Shown here in pieces: positions 21,216 through 31,456 of a stretch of 64,000 nt of DNA. Where the stretch lies: the IMG/VR virus record IMGVR_UViG_3300042402_004372; one strand, written 5' to 3'. Positions within the stretch are counted from its first letter, which is position 1; each line of letters begins with the position of its first letter. A program made the translations under genes and the position numbers. Below the pieces are notes generated by a model. The model did not search any database, had not been told where the DNA came from, and worked only from the letters and a program-made list of their open reading frames with translations. The stretch is from a virus.

Positions 21216-23437
21216 CGATAAGCAATATACAGAAGGAAAAATTCTTAAGCACCTTATATAAGAGTCTTTATGCTGGTGGAAACAAGCCTAACGAGCAGGA
21301 GATATTAGAGTTCTTTTCTAAGTACTTTTCCAAGTATGAGCCAGGGCAGCCACTAGATATAAATGCTCAAGTATTTAGACAGATGGCATTTGGTCAAGTT
21401 GAAATTTTTAATCAAAAAATGCTACATACTCTTTTTAATATAGAGGTTTTGTATGATTCTATATTTGAAAATTCTGATGATTTAATGACTGTAGCAACAG
21501 CATTAAATAAAAGATTAAATAACTTAAAGTCTAAAAGAATGATGTTAGAAAATAGAGTGGATGACTTAATTTTCGCTAATCAAAATTCAGAAGGATACTA
21601 TGCAGCATACTCAGACAACTTTGCCTCAACAAATGGATCTGATCTAAATTATACTTCAGCTTTTGTCGACACAGTTAACGGTAAAGTTTCACTACCAACA
21701 TTAAAGTCTTCGATTTTTGATTTACTCTCCACTAGTTCAATTGTAGCAAGCGCACCAACATATTCTCTGAGTTTTAATAAAACGCAAATAGATTTAAATA
21801 AGAAGTTTTCTGAAGATTCTTTTTTTGGATCTGTTTTTGATGGCTTAGAAAATACTGAATGGCAAAACATATTTTATTTTGACACTATAGGTTTAGTTAG
21901 TTTTTCGATCAACTTGCCTATAGCTAGAAATGTAATCTTATCAAAGATAGAAGGAAGACTAAATACTATTTCCCCAACTGATATCTATGTAAAAGTAAAC
22001 TACGCGGATGCCAATAAGGTGTCGGAGGTATTGAATAAAAAATCTACTAAAGATTATGATAGATTTTCCTTTAGCTTTGACCCGGGCAATGTTGGGTCAA
22101 TAGATATATTTTTTGTTAAAACAGAACCAGACGTCATAGAAGATAATAGAGTTAGTAGATACGGGTATAGATATGGTATTAGAGACATAGCTATCAGTGG
22201 ACAATATTACGATAAGTCAGCGTTATTTGTATCTGCTCCAATATCATTAAATTCAAATGATAATAGCAACTTAGTAATAGATGCTGTATCGGTAGATGTT
22301 GGAGAAAATTCACAAGATGGTTCTGTTAATTACTTTGTAGCAGAAGATAACGAGTCCGCTCAATCAATATCTGATTTTTCCTGGATTCCAATTTCTCCAG
22401 AACAAAGTACTCAGAACTCTTTTTCTACAACAGTTAATTTTTCTGGCTCTTCTCTAAAATCAAAAAAGATATTAAATGATGTAGAAAACTCTACAAACTC
22501 TTTGAAGAAAATACCATTAGTTTCAAAAAATACTTCCAAGAACTTAAATGAACAAAATCCAACAGTTGACCTATATCCAAATCAAACAATATATAGAATA
22601 GCAAAGCTTGATCAATTGGATAACCCAGTTAGTTCTTATCTATTAGATGGTATAAATTCAGTTTCTGGTAATTATATAAATTATCAAAATAGTATTTATA
22701 ATGAAAACGATTCCTTGGCTACTTGGGGAAATATTTTATCTGGAAAATCAAGTGTTAGGCAAATATTCTCTATACCATCTTATGAAATATCTAATAATTC
22801 TATATTTTTTTCTGGTCCAAACTTAAAATCAATTAGCGTTTTATTGGAAACTAAAATATTCTGCGCTAATGACATCACAATTAGACACTTGTTGGTTAAG
22901 AATGATAGCGTTTCCAAGAGCTGGGATGTTGCAGTCTACCTAAATGGAAGGCCATCAAGTGTTCCTTCTGGGGTAACTTCAGAGTTGATTGAATGGAACT
23001 TCAAAGCGGGAATTAATACAATTAAGGTAGCTATAGATATAAAGGATAGTGCAAACGGTTCAATTAGTTTAATGGATTCTAAATCATTATTAGATTATGG
23101 TTTAGTTTATAGTCAATACTATGGCTATGTAGATCCAATAGAGTTTAAAGTCAATAGATCATCATACGACAAGGTATTTACTATTGAAAATTTTTTCGGC
23201 AATAAAGAAGTTCTATGTAGGGATAATATCAGTAATAATTCAAGACTGTTTTATTACTCAAACAACCCAAACCCAGTAACTGCCTTAAGATTTAGGGCCG
23301 ACATATCTAGGGGTAGAAACCCATTGTCCTCTCCAACTATTGATTATTTTAAATTAAAGTTTAAGAATTCGGAAAATTATTCCGATATATCAGCAAATGA
23401 ATTATCCTATAATAATTCAACAACAAGTGAATATTAA
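21212..23437 (+). CDS. Putative virion structural protein
   Basis: 741 aa; ATGA overlap; architecture similar to neighbours (coiled N-terminus, SWIPISP, C-terminal SP.IDYFKL). Confidence 0.55.
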   Translation: MTISNIQKEKFLSTLYKSLYAGGNKPNEQEILEFFSKYFSKYEPGQPLDINAQVFRQMAFGQVEIFNQKMLHTLFNIEVLYDSIFENSDDLMTVATALNKRLNNLKSKRMMLENRVDDLIFANQNSEGYYAAYSDNFASTNGSDLNYTSAFVDTVNGKVSLPTLKSSIFDLLSTSSIVASAPTYSLSFNKTQIDLNKKFSEDSFFGSVFDGLENTEWQNIFYFDTIGLVSFSINLPIARNVILSKIEGRLNTISPTDIYVKVNYADANKVSEVLNKKSTKDYDRFSFSFDPGNVGSIDIFFVKTEPDVIEDNRVSRYGYRYGIRDIAISGQYYDKSALFVSAPISLNSNDNSNLVIDAVSVDVGENSQDGSVNYFVAEDNESAQSISDFSWIPISPEQSTQNSFSTTVNFSGSSLKSKKILNDVENSTNSLKKIPLVSKNTSKNLNEQNPTVDLYPNQTIYRIAKLDQLDNPVSSYLLDGINSVSGNYINYQNSIYNENDSLATWGNILSGKSSVRQIFSIPSYEISNNSIFFSGPNLKSISVLLETKIFCANDITIRHLLVKNDSVSKSWDVAVYLNGRPSSVPSGVTSELIEWNFKAGINTIKVAIDIKDSANGSISLMDSKSLLDYGLVYSQYYGYVDPIEFKVNRSSYDKVFTIENFFGNKEVLCRDNISNNSRLFYYSNNPNPVTALRFRADISRGRNPLSSPTIDYFKLKFKNSENYSDISANELSYNNSTTSEY

Positions 23438-23441
23438 AGTT

Positions 23442-23448
23442 TACTATA
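23442..23448 (+). promoter_or_regulatory. Candidate phage late-promoter element TACTATA
   Basis: The same heptamer lies shortly upstream of SD/start at 25203, 49912, 51094 and 51914. Confidence 0.4.
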
Positions 23449-23467
23449 GCTAAAGTAGGAGATACAC

Positions 23468-23893
23468 ATGCCGATAAGTTACCTAGACCCAAATAGTAAA
23501 AAAATAATTAGAGAACCATTAGTCAAGAGGTTTAGATCATTCTATAGATCTCCAAGAAAGAGTGGTCAGGAAAATCTCTTTAATCAAAAAGTTTATATGG
23601 ATATGAACAGACTGTATTTAGAATTAGAACTTCTTGATACAGCTATAATTGATAAAGTAAAGATTTTTCTAGGAGCGGAAAAAGATGAAACCCATGAAAT
23701 CCGAACTATTTCAGATGAGATAACTGGTGAAGAATACTATGGTAGAGTCTATGACCTTTCTACTGATTCAATTTCGATGTACGACTATAGTGCAAGTGAT
23801 ACAATAGATTACCTGGAAACTACTGATACAATTGGCGGAAGTTTGTCAAGATTATTTTATAAAATTAATAAATTAGAAAAACAGACTGGATAA
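23468..23893 (+). CDS. Hypothetical protein (structural module)
   Basis: AGGAG SD; 141 aa ORF. Confidence 0.6.
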   Translation: MPISYLDPNSKKIIREPLVKRFRSFYRSPRKSGQENLFNQKVYMDMNRLYLELELLDTAIIDKVKIFLGAEKDETHEIRTISDEITGEEYYGRVYDLSTDSISMYDYSASDTIDYLETTDTIGGSLSRLFYKINKLEKQTG

Positions 23894-23902
23894 TTAATTA
23901 AA

Positions 23903-25171
23903 ATGTCAGATTACCTAAACACAGAAAATAAAACAATACAGTACAACGGTCCTGTAGATAGTGCTGACTTTAACATGAGGGCAGAACAGAACTATCAAGA
24001 TTTAGTTCACCTCTATAATAGATCTGGTGTATTGGATCAGAAGTTGAGTCAGGCTTTTGAAAGAGTATTAAAAGATCATTTATTTATCTCTAGAGCTATA
24101 GCAGATCTAGAAGATAGGGTAAAGGCAATTGAATATAATACTGATTCACCTTATAAAAAACTCTCTATATATAGCTATTCTCAAATAGATGTAGCTGGTT
24201 TTGTTAGTGACGCACAGTTTGCACTCTCAAGTTCTGAAGCACTTAGTTTTGATCATGTGTATAATCTAATAACACTGCCAAAGGTTGATGGTTCTTCTTA
24301 TTCTAAGCTTAAGTTTTTTAGCGGCTTAGGAGAACAAACAATTCCAGATTTTCTAGAAACAAAAATAAAGAATGACTTTGTTAGTGTTGATACACCTGGT
24401 GCACTAGTGGATACTAGTCCAATGTTTCACGCACTTTTAGATAGGTCTGATAAATTCTGGAAACGAAATATCATAGCCGACTCAGCTTTGGGATCGGGCG
24501 CCCAAATGTTTGCCTACTATAAGATCCCCAATGCCTATTCTGGATCCGATACATCAAACTACTTGTCCTTATCTCCATATCCATTATTTGGGGTAGACAT
24601 TCTTTCTATTGAATATACTACAAAGGTAGAGCCATCTCTTGAAGAATCAGATGGATGGACTCCTTTGAATTTTAATAGACTATATGATAGCGAATCTGAT
24701 GCGATAGGTAGAGTTGCTCCAGGTGGATGGTCAATAGCCGGTTCTGACGTAGTTCTTAATGCTGGGCCGATGGGATTCTATTTCCCTCCAATAAAGATTA
24801 CTGCAATTAGAATAAATATGAGACAAAGAAATTATATTTTAGAGAATGGTAAATACGTATATACATATGGCTTATCTGATTTAGATGTAAGATCGCAAAG
24901 GTTCTTGGAAACTGGAAGAACAATAATCAAGTTCACCGCCCCAGAAGGAACATTGATCTATTCTGTAGACGAGGTCATACCAAAGATGTATAATGTCCCT
25001 GAGGAGTTAATATCTACGGCTTTCAGCTATAGGGTAATCTATAAGGATAGCGGAGTTTATACACTTGATGAGGTTTCCGGTTCGTCTTCAGTCTGGATAG
25101 AAGTAACCCTAAATCAGCTTGGGGATGGAACAGCTCCAGTCCTATCTGATCTAATAGTTAATTATAGCTAA
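23903..25171 (+). CDS. Putative virion structural protein
   Basis: 422 aa; similar layout to upstream structural paralogs (YTYGLSDLDV, C-terminal APVLSDL). Confidence 0.5.
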   Translation: MSDYLNTENKTIQYNGPVDSADFNMRAEQNYQDLVHLYNRSGVLDQKLSQAFERVLKDHLFISRAIADLEDRVKAIEYNTDSPYKKLSIYSYSQIDVAGFVSDAQFALSSSEALSFDHVYNLITLPKVDGSSYSKLKFFSGLGEQTIPDFLETKIKNDFVSVDTPGALVDTSPMFHALLDRSDKFWKRNIIADSALGSGAQMFAYYKIPNAYSGSDTSNYLSLSPYPLFGVDILSIEYTTKVEPSLEESDGWTPLNFNRLYDSESDAIGRVAPGGWSIAGSDVVLNAGPMGFYFPPIKITAIRINMRQRNYILENGKYVYTYGLSDLDVRSQRFLETGRTIIKFTAPEGTLIYSVDEVIPKMYNVPEELISTAFSYRVIYKDSGVYTLDEVSGSSSVWIEVTLNQLGDGTAPVLSDLIVNYS

Positions 25172-25242
25172 TTTTAATAGTTAATAAGTGGCTATTTGAT
25201 TTTACTATAAATACCACAATATTCTTTTAAGGAGACTATACA

Positions 25243-25833
25243 ATGGCAACTTACTACGTTGGCCCAAGGCCAGTACTCAAGGGTCGTTCAACCGCTGACA
25301 TGGTGAACCCTTTTAAGGGTACAGCTGGAACCTACTCTTTCTATCCCCTCTTTGCACCAGGTCTTTTAACTGGAGCTCCAGATAATAATCATGTTCCTGG
25401 AACTGGTTATCATCCAGGCAATGTCTTGCTATCGCAGTTGTTTACTGGTTCTACGCTGTATGTAGGGACCACTCCATTAGCTGGAGAATTTGCAGATGGA
25501 ACTACAACATTTGGTGGAATGAGATTCCGTCCAAGTGAATACAAGGGTCTTACAACAGCTAAGGCGCTAGATGGCGGTCATGCAAAGCGCACAACCGACT
25601 ATAGTCTCTACAGTAACTACATCTTTGACGGTGTGACCTCAGCAGAAGCATTTGCTAACCTAGGTCACGCAGAGCGCACAACAGCTTACAGCCTCTATAA
25701 CAACTACATCTTCGACGGTGTAGCATCAGCAGAAGTAATGCCAGCTGGTTATGGACAAGCTAATACTGCTAGTGAATACGGTCGCAATAAAGTTGGTGAG
25801 TACAAAGGTGTACCATCAGCAGTCGCCCTTTAA
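25243..25833 (+). CDS. Gly/Ala/Thr-rich protein with a 29-aa internal tandem duplication, possibly a virion protein
   Basis: AAGGAG SD and upstream TACTATA; repeats GHAKRTTDYSLYSNYIFDGVTSAE / GHAERTTAYSLYNNYIFDGVASAE. Confidence 0.6.
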   Translation: MATYYVGPRPVLKGRSTADMVNPFKGTAGTYSFYPLFAPGLLTGAPDNNHVPGTGYHPGNVLLSQLFTGSTLYVGTTPLAGEFADGTTTFGGMRFRPSEYKGLTTAKALDGGHAKRTTDYSLYSNYIFDGVTSAEAFANLGHAERTTAYSLYNNYIFDGVASAEVMPAGYGQANTASEYGRNKVGEYKGVPSAVAL

Positions 25834-25848
25834 CAATAGGAGAAAACA

Positions 25849-26052
25849 ATGCCAGATCAAAAATTAATTAAAGATGTACTTGAAAGAGCTCTTTGGACTG
25901 CAGCACAAACATTCATTGCTGTTTATACAGTTGGTGGAGTTGACCAAGCTAAAGCAGCAGCGACAGCTGCAGCAGCAGCAGGGCTTAGCGTTATCAAGGG
26001 ATTCGCAGCAACAAAAATTGGAGACAAAGAGTCTGCTGCAACTTTGAAATAA
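25849..26052 (+). CDS. Holin, r1t-like family
   Basis: ERALWTAAQTFIA...AAAAGLSVIKG; 67 aa with two hydrophobic segments. Confidence 0.75.
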   Translation: MPDQKLIKDVLERALWTAAQTFIAVYTVGGVDQAKAAATAAAAAGLSVIKGFAATKIGDKESAATLK

Positions 26053-26131
26053 TTAGTTAAACACAACATAAGAAAATCCTAGCTGATATACTTGTCAGTA
26101 CGGAAACCGACGCATCTACTTAGCGTAAGAT

Positions 26132-26168
26132 AGTTATCCCGCCCCAATCAGGGCGGGATAACTGTTTT
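26132..26168 (+). terminator. Intrinsic terminator hairpin
   Basis: 13-bp perfect stem AGTTATCCCGCCC/GGGCGGGATAACT, 6-nt loop, followed by GTTTT. Confidence 0.7.
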
Positions 26169-26224
26169 AAAGGGTCTCTTATATAAGTTTTTGTAGTTTT
26201 GTCTAGAGTTAATGAGGATTATAA

Positions 26225-26929
26225 ATGTTTTTAGATCAGTTAAATACGGTAATCAGAGACAAAGCCCTTCCATTAGATGTTGCTGAAAAGTATCTCAACC
26301 TATATATAGGTGAAGCGGATTGGAAAACACACATTTCAAAACTATGGATGAATCTTGAAAACAAGAATAAGAATTCTGACATAAGCAAAGAAGATATAAA
26401 GAGGGCAATATCTTGCACGATGTTATTGCCAACAATGGAGAAAACAAATATCCCTGATCCAGTTCACCTCATTTTATTTTGGTGCCCTACCTGGAATCAG
26501 TACAAGGAAAGAGATTGGTTTTCTTTATTTTTAGATATAGTTAAGAAAGATTTGTATATACAAACCAATCAAAAGGAGTTACTATCGATTGGCATCATAG
26601 ATCCAATTGATTATTCTCCATTAACTAGACAAAGCTTTAATTGGTTATATACTCAGGCGGAACAAAACGGTGATTTAAATGACAAGAATAAAGATATCAT
26701 AACTAAGAAAATGCAAAACCTAGTTAGAATATATGGTGGTGCAGTTATATCAAATGTATTTCAAAATCACAAGAATGTAATAGACAAAGTTTTTAACTGG
26801 AGAAGTGGATATTTTTTCGAAAGAGAAATATATAACGTGTATAATTATGACCAGATAAAAAAGATCAAGAAAACAGAAATAGAAAAATTAAACCCTAAGT
26901 ACGTAAAAACTTTAGCATTAGCAAAATAA
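26225..26929 (+). CDS. Hypothetical protein
   Basis: 234 aa ORF with GAGG SD; no recognised motif. Confidence 0.65.
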   Translation: MFLDQLNTVIRDKALPLDVAEKYLNLYIGEADWKTHISKLWMNLENKNKNSDISKEDIKRAISCTMLLPTMEKTNIPDPVHLILFWCPTWNQYKERDWFSLFLDIVKKDLYIQTNQKELLSIGIIDPIDYSPLTRQSFNWLYTQAEQNGDLNDKNKDIITKKMQNLVRIYGGAVISNVFQNHKNVIDKVFNWRSGYFFEREIYNVYNYDQIKKIKKTEIEKLNPKYVKTLALAK

Positions 26930-26938
26930 GGAGATAGT

Positions 26939-29038
26939 ATGTCAGAAGAAATCGAAAACGGAAACCCAGATCTAACACCGATTGCTACTAAGCAATCTTC
27001 TATGTTTTTATTCAGGTTAACTGATGATTTCATAGAATCATATAGGTCTAAGTCCGCACCATTTGGATACAGGGATGCAGCTGGGAACTCCGTTGGAGAG
27101 ATAACTTTTCTTCGAACTTACTCTAGATTAAAAGAAGATGGAACAAAAGAGACATGGTCTGACGTATGTGAAAGAGTTATCAACGGAATGTACTCCTTGC
27201 AGAAAGATCACTGCAAAAAGAATCGCCTACCATGGAACGATGCTAGAGCACAAGCTAGTGCTAAAGAAGCCTTTGATAGATTATTTAATCTTAAGTGGAC
27301 TCCTCCTGGTCGTGGTCTTTGGGCTATGGGAACAAACATTGTAAATATACAAAAGAATTCCGCTGCATTACAGAACTGCGCGTTTGTTTCTACTGGTGAA
27401 ATGAATAAGTTTAACCCAGCAAAACCGTTTGCATTTCTTATGGAAGCATCAATGCTCGGTGTTGGTGTGGGTTTTGACGACAAAGGTGCAGATAAAGATT
27501 TTATTATCTATGAACCAAAAGAATCAACAACGTACATAATACCTGATACTAGAGAGGGTTGGGTTGAGTCTATGGCATTGCTACTTAACTCATACCTCAA
27601 AGAGAATCAGCCTACGTATAACTTTGATTATTCTTTAATTCGCCCAAACGGTACTCCAATTAAAACATTTGGTGGTGTAGCTGCTGGTCATGAGCCGTTA
27701 GAGAGGCTTCATGATCATATAAGAAAAATGTTTACTGGACGCAAAGGTGACAAGTTAACACGCATAGACATAGCAGACATTGGAAATGTTATTGGAGTAT
27801 GTGTAGTATCCGGAAACGTTCGTCGTTCAGCTGAGTTGTTAATTGGCCGTTTAGATGATCAAGATTTCTTAAACTTAAAAAATTCAGAACGCTTTCCTGA
27901 ACGCAACTCATATGATTCATCTGCTCCAGGTTGGGGTTGGATGTCTAACAACTCTGTAGAAACAGTAGTTGGCGCAGACTTATCTTCTATAGTAGAAGGC
28001 ATCTCTCTCAACGGAGAGCCTGGTGTTCTTTGGATGGACATGTCCCGTAAGTATGGACGTCTAGCTGATCCACCAAACAACAAGGATCACAGAGTTGCAG
28101 GCTATAACCCATGCGCTGAGCAGTCACTGGAATCATATGAGTGTTGCACCTTGGTGGAGACATATCTCAATCGTCACGACAGCCTAGAGGACTATAAGCG
28201 TACTCTAAAGTTTGCATACCTCTATGCCAAGACTGTTACGCTCCTTCCTACTCACTGGGAAGAGACTAACGCAATCATGCAACGCAATCGTCGCATAGGC
28301 GCATCAATGTCTGGTGTTGCAAACTTTGCTGATCGCGTTGGAGTTCCGGCACTTCGTGAATGGATGGATCAGGGATATAAGACTATTCAGCGATATGACA
28401 ATGTTTATTCTGAGTGGTTGGGTATTCGTGAATCGATTAAGATGACGACTGTCAAGCCTTCTGGAACCGTATCTATTCTTGCTGGTGAATCACCTGGCGT
28501 ACACTGGACACCAGGTGGCAAATACTTTAATAGAACTATCAGATTCTCCAACGAGGATCCGATGCTACCACTATTTAGAATGGCCAACTATAGAGTCGAG
28601 CCAGCTTCTGAATCACCAAATACAACTTCTGTTGTGTATTTCCCAATTAAATCCGATGCTGAAAGAGCTGAAAAAGATGTTACAATCTTTGAAAAAATGT
28701 CTTTAGCCGCAACCGCACAACGCTATTGGTCAGACAACTCTGTATCTGTAACAATATCTTTCAATAAAGATACTGAGGCAGAACATGTCGGAACTGTATT
28801 ACATATGTACGATGGACAGCTTAAGACAGTATCCTTTTTGCCAAGCGGCAACGATACGTATCCACAAATGCCATATACTCAAATAACAGAAGAAGAATAT
28901 ACGGAAGCTTCGACATCGTTGTTCCCTATAGATTTGACTGGAGTGTATGCCGGTATGGCTGCTGATGCAATTGGTGAACGTTACTGCACAACTGATTCTT
29001 GTGAAATTAAATTTATCAAGGACAACATAAAAGTATAG
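26939..29038 (+). CDS. nrdJ: Class II (adenosylcobalamin-dependent) ribonucleotide reductase, monomeric RTPR type
   Basis: RTYSR, PPGRGLW, NCAF, GNVRRSAE, NPCAEQ, TTVKPSGTVS, C-terminal CTTDSC. Confidence 0.93.
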   Translation: MSEEIENGNPDLTPIATKQSSMFLFRLTDDFIESYRSKSAPFGYRDAAGNSVGEITFLRTYSRLKEDGTKETWSDVCERVINGMYSLQKDHCKKNRLPWNDARAQASAKEAFDRLFNLKWTPPGRGLWAMGTNIVNIQKNSAALQNCAFVSTGEMNKFNPAKPFAFLMEASMLGVGVGFDDKGADKDFIIYEPKESTTYIIPDTREGWVESMALLLNSYLKENQPTYNFDYSLIRPNGTPIKTFGGVAAGHEPLERLHDHIRKMFTGRKGDKLTRIDIADIGNVIGVCVVSGNVRRSAELLIGRLDDQDFLNLKNSERFPERNSYDSSAPGWGWMSNNSVETVVGADLSSIVEGISLNGEPGVLWMDMSRKYGRLADPPNNKDHRVAGYNPCAEQSLESYECCTLVETYLNRHDSLEDYKRTLKFAYLYAKTVTLLPTHWEETNAIMQRNRRIGASMSGVANFADRVGVPALREWMDQGYKTIQRYDNVYSEWLGIRESIKMTTVKPSGTVSILAGESPGVHWTPGGKYFNRTIRFSNEDPMLPLFRMANYRVEPASESPNTTSVVYFPIKSDAERAEKDVTIFEKMSLAATAQRYWSDNSVSVTISFNKDTEAEHVGTVLHMYDGQLKTVSFLPSGNDTYPQMPYTQITEEEYTEASTSLFPIDLTGVYAGMAADAIGERYCTTDSCEIKFIKDNIKV

Positions 29039-29049
29039 GTTGGTCTACT

Positions 29050-29409
29050 GTGTCAGATGACAAAAATTTTGATAAGATATTTTCAGAAATAACTTCTCCA
29101 CAAAATATAGGCTCTATGCCGGGCATAGTTGGTGCTCTCTCGTTAAATAACGCAAGAGATTATTCTTTGTTTTTGTCTGAATTAATTACAGCTATACAGG
29201 AAATAAATTTAATTATAGTTAATCTTACTGAAGACTCTGATGAGCCATTTGAAATACCACTTGAAGTAGTACAAATCTTAGAAATGCTATATGCAAAGAC
29301 GAAAGATTTCAACAACTATATGGTAAACTTGGATCAAGATGATATAGGATACTATATCTACATAGACGAAGAAGAAGATTATGACGATGAATCAGAAGAC
29401 GGAAAATGA
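29050..29409 (+). CDS. Hypothetical acidic protein
   Basis: 119 aa ORF filling the gap between nrdJ and thyX. Confidence 0.55.
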   Translation: MSDDKNFDKIFSEITSPQNIGSMPGIVGALSLNNARDYSLFLSELITAIQEINLIIVNLTEDSDEPFEIPLEVVQILEMLYAKTKDFNNYMVNLDQDDIGYYIYIDEEEDYDDESEDGK

Positions 29410-30112
29410 AGATTACGATAATAACGCAATACCTGTTTTAGATAAGGGTTATGTTAGATTAGTTGATGTTATGGGTAGTGACCTATCCGTAGTCAACGCC
29501 GCAAGAGCATCTTTTGCCAAAGAATCAAATGAGCTTTCTGTACAAGACGCAAGACTAATAGATTTTTTAGCAAGAGAAAATCATATGTCACCGTTCCGTC
29601 ACGCATTTCTAACATTTGAATTTAAAGCTCCACTTATGGTTGCTAGGCAACATTGGAAATATGTAGTTGGATCAGATCATACAATGGATTCCTGGAATGA
29701 ATCTTCGAGAAGATACATAACTATGGATCCAGAATTCTATATACCTGGACCAGAACAATGGAGACTTGCTGCAGAGAATAAAAAACAAGGTTCTTCTGGG
29801 TTAGCTGGTCCATGGACTGGTTCTATATTAAATACGGAACTAAAACAATTGGTTGATAAGTGTGAATCTATCTATAACATGGCGCTTGAGCAAGGCATTG
29901 CTCCAGAGCAAGCTAGATTATTCCTGCCAGCATATGGCATGTACGTTATATATAGATGGTCATGCAGTCTTCAGTCCGTTGCCTTATTCCTAAATCAAAG
30001 ATTAGGGGAAGAATCTCAAGTGGAGATTCAAGAGTATGCAAAAGCTGTATTCAATCTAACAAAAGAAAAGTTTCCAGTATCAATAGATAGACTGGTTTCG
30101 ATACATGTATAA
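29381..30112 (+). CDS. thyX: Flavin-dependent thymidylate synthase
   Basis: VVNAARASF, HMSPFRH, ARQHWK, SWNESSRRY, EQARLFLP, Q.EIQEYA. Confidence 0.92.
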   Translation: MTMNQKTENEDYDNNAIPVLDKGYVRLVDVMGSDLSVVNAARASFAKESNELSVQDARLIDFLARENHMSPFRHAFLTFEFKAPLMVARQHWKYVVGSDHTMDSWNESSRRYITMDPEFYIPGPEQWRLAAENKKQGSSGLAGPWTGSILNTELKQLVDKCESIYNMALEQGIAPEQARLFLPAYGMYVIYRWSCSLQSVALFLNQRLGEESQVEIQEYAKAVFNLTKEKFPVSIDRLVSIHV

Positions 30113-30275
30113 AAACATGCTATTGTTTATAGTATTTTCTTTTTTGATTAACTGGACTATAAGTTTGCAGATGTTAAATCAATCTTCTAAACAGAAAAGT
30201 ATTAAATTTACAGCAATCGCACTGGCTTTGACTACGGGAACCATTGCAGGGTTTATAATTTCTCTTATATTATGA
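30105..30275 (+). CDS. Small two-TM membrane protein (56 aa; below ORF-track cutoff)
   Basis: MYKNMLLFIVFSFLINW...AIALALTTGTIAGFIISLIL; overlaps both neighbours (ATGA coupling at its 3' end). Confidence 0.55.
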   Translation: MYKNMLLFIVFSFLINWTISLQMLNQSSKQKSIKFTAIALALTTGTIAGFIISLIL

Positions 30276-30736
30276 CTGTAATATCTAAAAAAGATAGACA
30301 GTTCATGAAGATGTGTATCGATAGCTCAAAAACATTTTCTACTTGTGGTAAAAAACAATACGCAGCTATGCTGGTAGATGAATATAATCACATAGTTGGG
30401 TTTGGTTATAACGGTGGACCAAGAGGTTTCCTACACTGTAATGAAGGTGGCTGTAGACGCTTTCTTGAAAACTCAAAAAGTGGATCAGCTTACGACAATT
30501 GTATAGCAATCCATGCAGAAGCAAACGCTTTACTCCATTCTGACTATAGTTCAAGGCCAAAAAAAATATATGTAAATGGTCCTCCTTGTTTTAGTTGCGC
30601 TAAGTTGATAGCCAACAGCACCTTAGATACTGTATACTATCTGTATGATTCTGACTATAAGAATTGGGAAGATGTAGAATCTTTTTTATTAAAAGCAAAT
30701 GTACAGACTATAAGGATAGATAATGGCAGCCTCTAA
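30272..30736 (+). CDS. dCMP deaminase
   Basis: STC.KKQ, GYNG, HAEANA and PPCFSC Zn-deaminase motifs. Confidence 0.9.
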   Translation: MTVISKKDRQFMKMCIDSSKTFSTCGKKQYAAMLVDEYNHIVGFGYNGGPRGFLHCNEGGCRRFLENSKSGSAYDNCIAIHAEANALLHSDYSSRPKKIYVNGPPCFSCAKLIANSTLDTVYYLYDSDYKNWEDVESFLLKANVQTIRIDNGSL

Positions 30737-30965
30737 ATTAAATTATATTGTAGTATACAAAAACCACAGTCAGGTCTATGGTTGTTCTTCAAAAAAAATA
30801 GCTGTAGAATCACCTCCACCGGAGGGTTACACAAATGATGATAAGAGAATACTTTTTGCAACATTTGAACCAGACACAAGTTCTTTGTGTGTTTACCCTG
30901 TATCATTAGACGATATAGAAATTGAAGAAGTAAAAGTTAAGAAAGCTAAAAAGAAAAATGACTAA
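30723..30965 (+). CDS. Hypothetical protein
   Basis: 80 aa ORF coupled with neighbours. Confidence 0.5.
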   Translation: MAASKLNYIVVYKNHSQVYGCSSKKIAVESPPPEGYTNDDKRILFATFEPDTSSLCVYPVSLDDIEIEEVKVKKAKKKND

Positions 30966-31200
30966 GAAAAAAGTAGAAAAAAAGAAAGTAAATATCAAAC
31001 TTGAATCTGGGCAAACATATTTAATTACTTCTATAGATGAGATGTTGCAAATAGCAAATTCTTTGATACACTTAGCCTCTTCAATCAAGGATGAAAAAGA
31101 CAAATTGTCTGTACTTAATTTAAGTGAAGAAGCAATAAAGGCAATGACCGAAAACAAATTTATAGGAGGATCTTCAGATGAAGATGAAGATTGGAATTAG
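30958..31200 (+). CDS. Hypothetical protein
   Basis: 80 aa ORF coupled with neighbours. Confidence 0.5.
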   Translation: MTKKKVEKKKVNIKLESGQTYLITSIDEMLQIANSLIHLASSIKDEKDKLSVLNLSEEAIKAMTENKFIGGSSDEDEDWN

Positions 31201-31456
31201 TATTATAGTGGTGGCAGCATGTTCTTATTTGGTATATAATCAAAAAAGAAAAGTTAAATTTGATTACTTTAATAATGTTTCAGAAGAATACTTCAAGGAA
31301 TACGCAAAGGAATATAATCCACAAAGTAGTTTCATAGAATTCTTTGATAAGGAAAACATAAAAGAAGCCTTTAGTAGATATGATAAATATTTAGATCTTG
31401 GCTTGAATAAAGAAGACGCATTTAAGTCTGTAGTAGAAGATAAGAGAAATAAATGA
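31178..31456 (+). CDS. Hypothetical protein with N-terminal TM segment
   Basis: GGAGG SD; IGISIIVVAACSYLVY. Confidence 0.5.
   Translation: MKMKIGISIIVVAACSYLVYNQKRKVKFDYFNNVSEEYFKEYAKEYNPQSSFIEFFDKENIKEAFSRYDKYLDLGLNKEDAFKSVVEDKRNK

Noticed and set aside
26101-26131. H-type pseudoknot or tRNA-like element
   Set aside because: Loops of 0 and 1 nt are sterically implausible, and there is no cloverleaf or T-loop. Kept only as a weak sRNA candidate.
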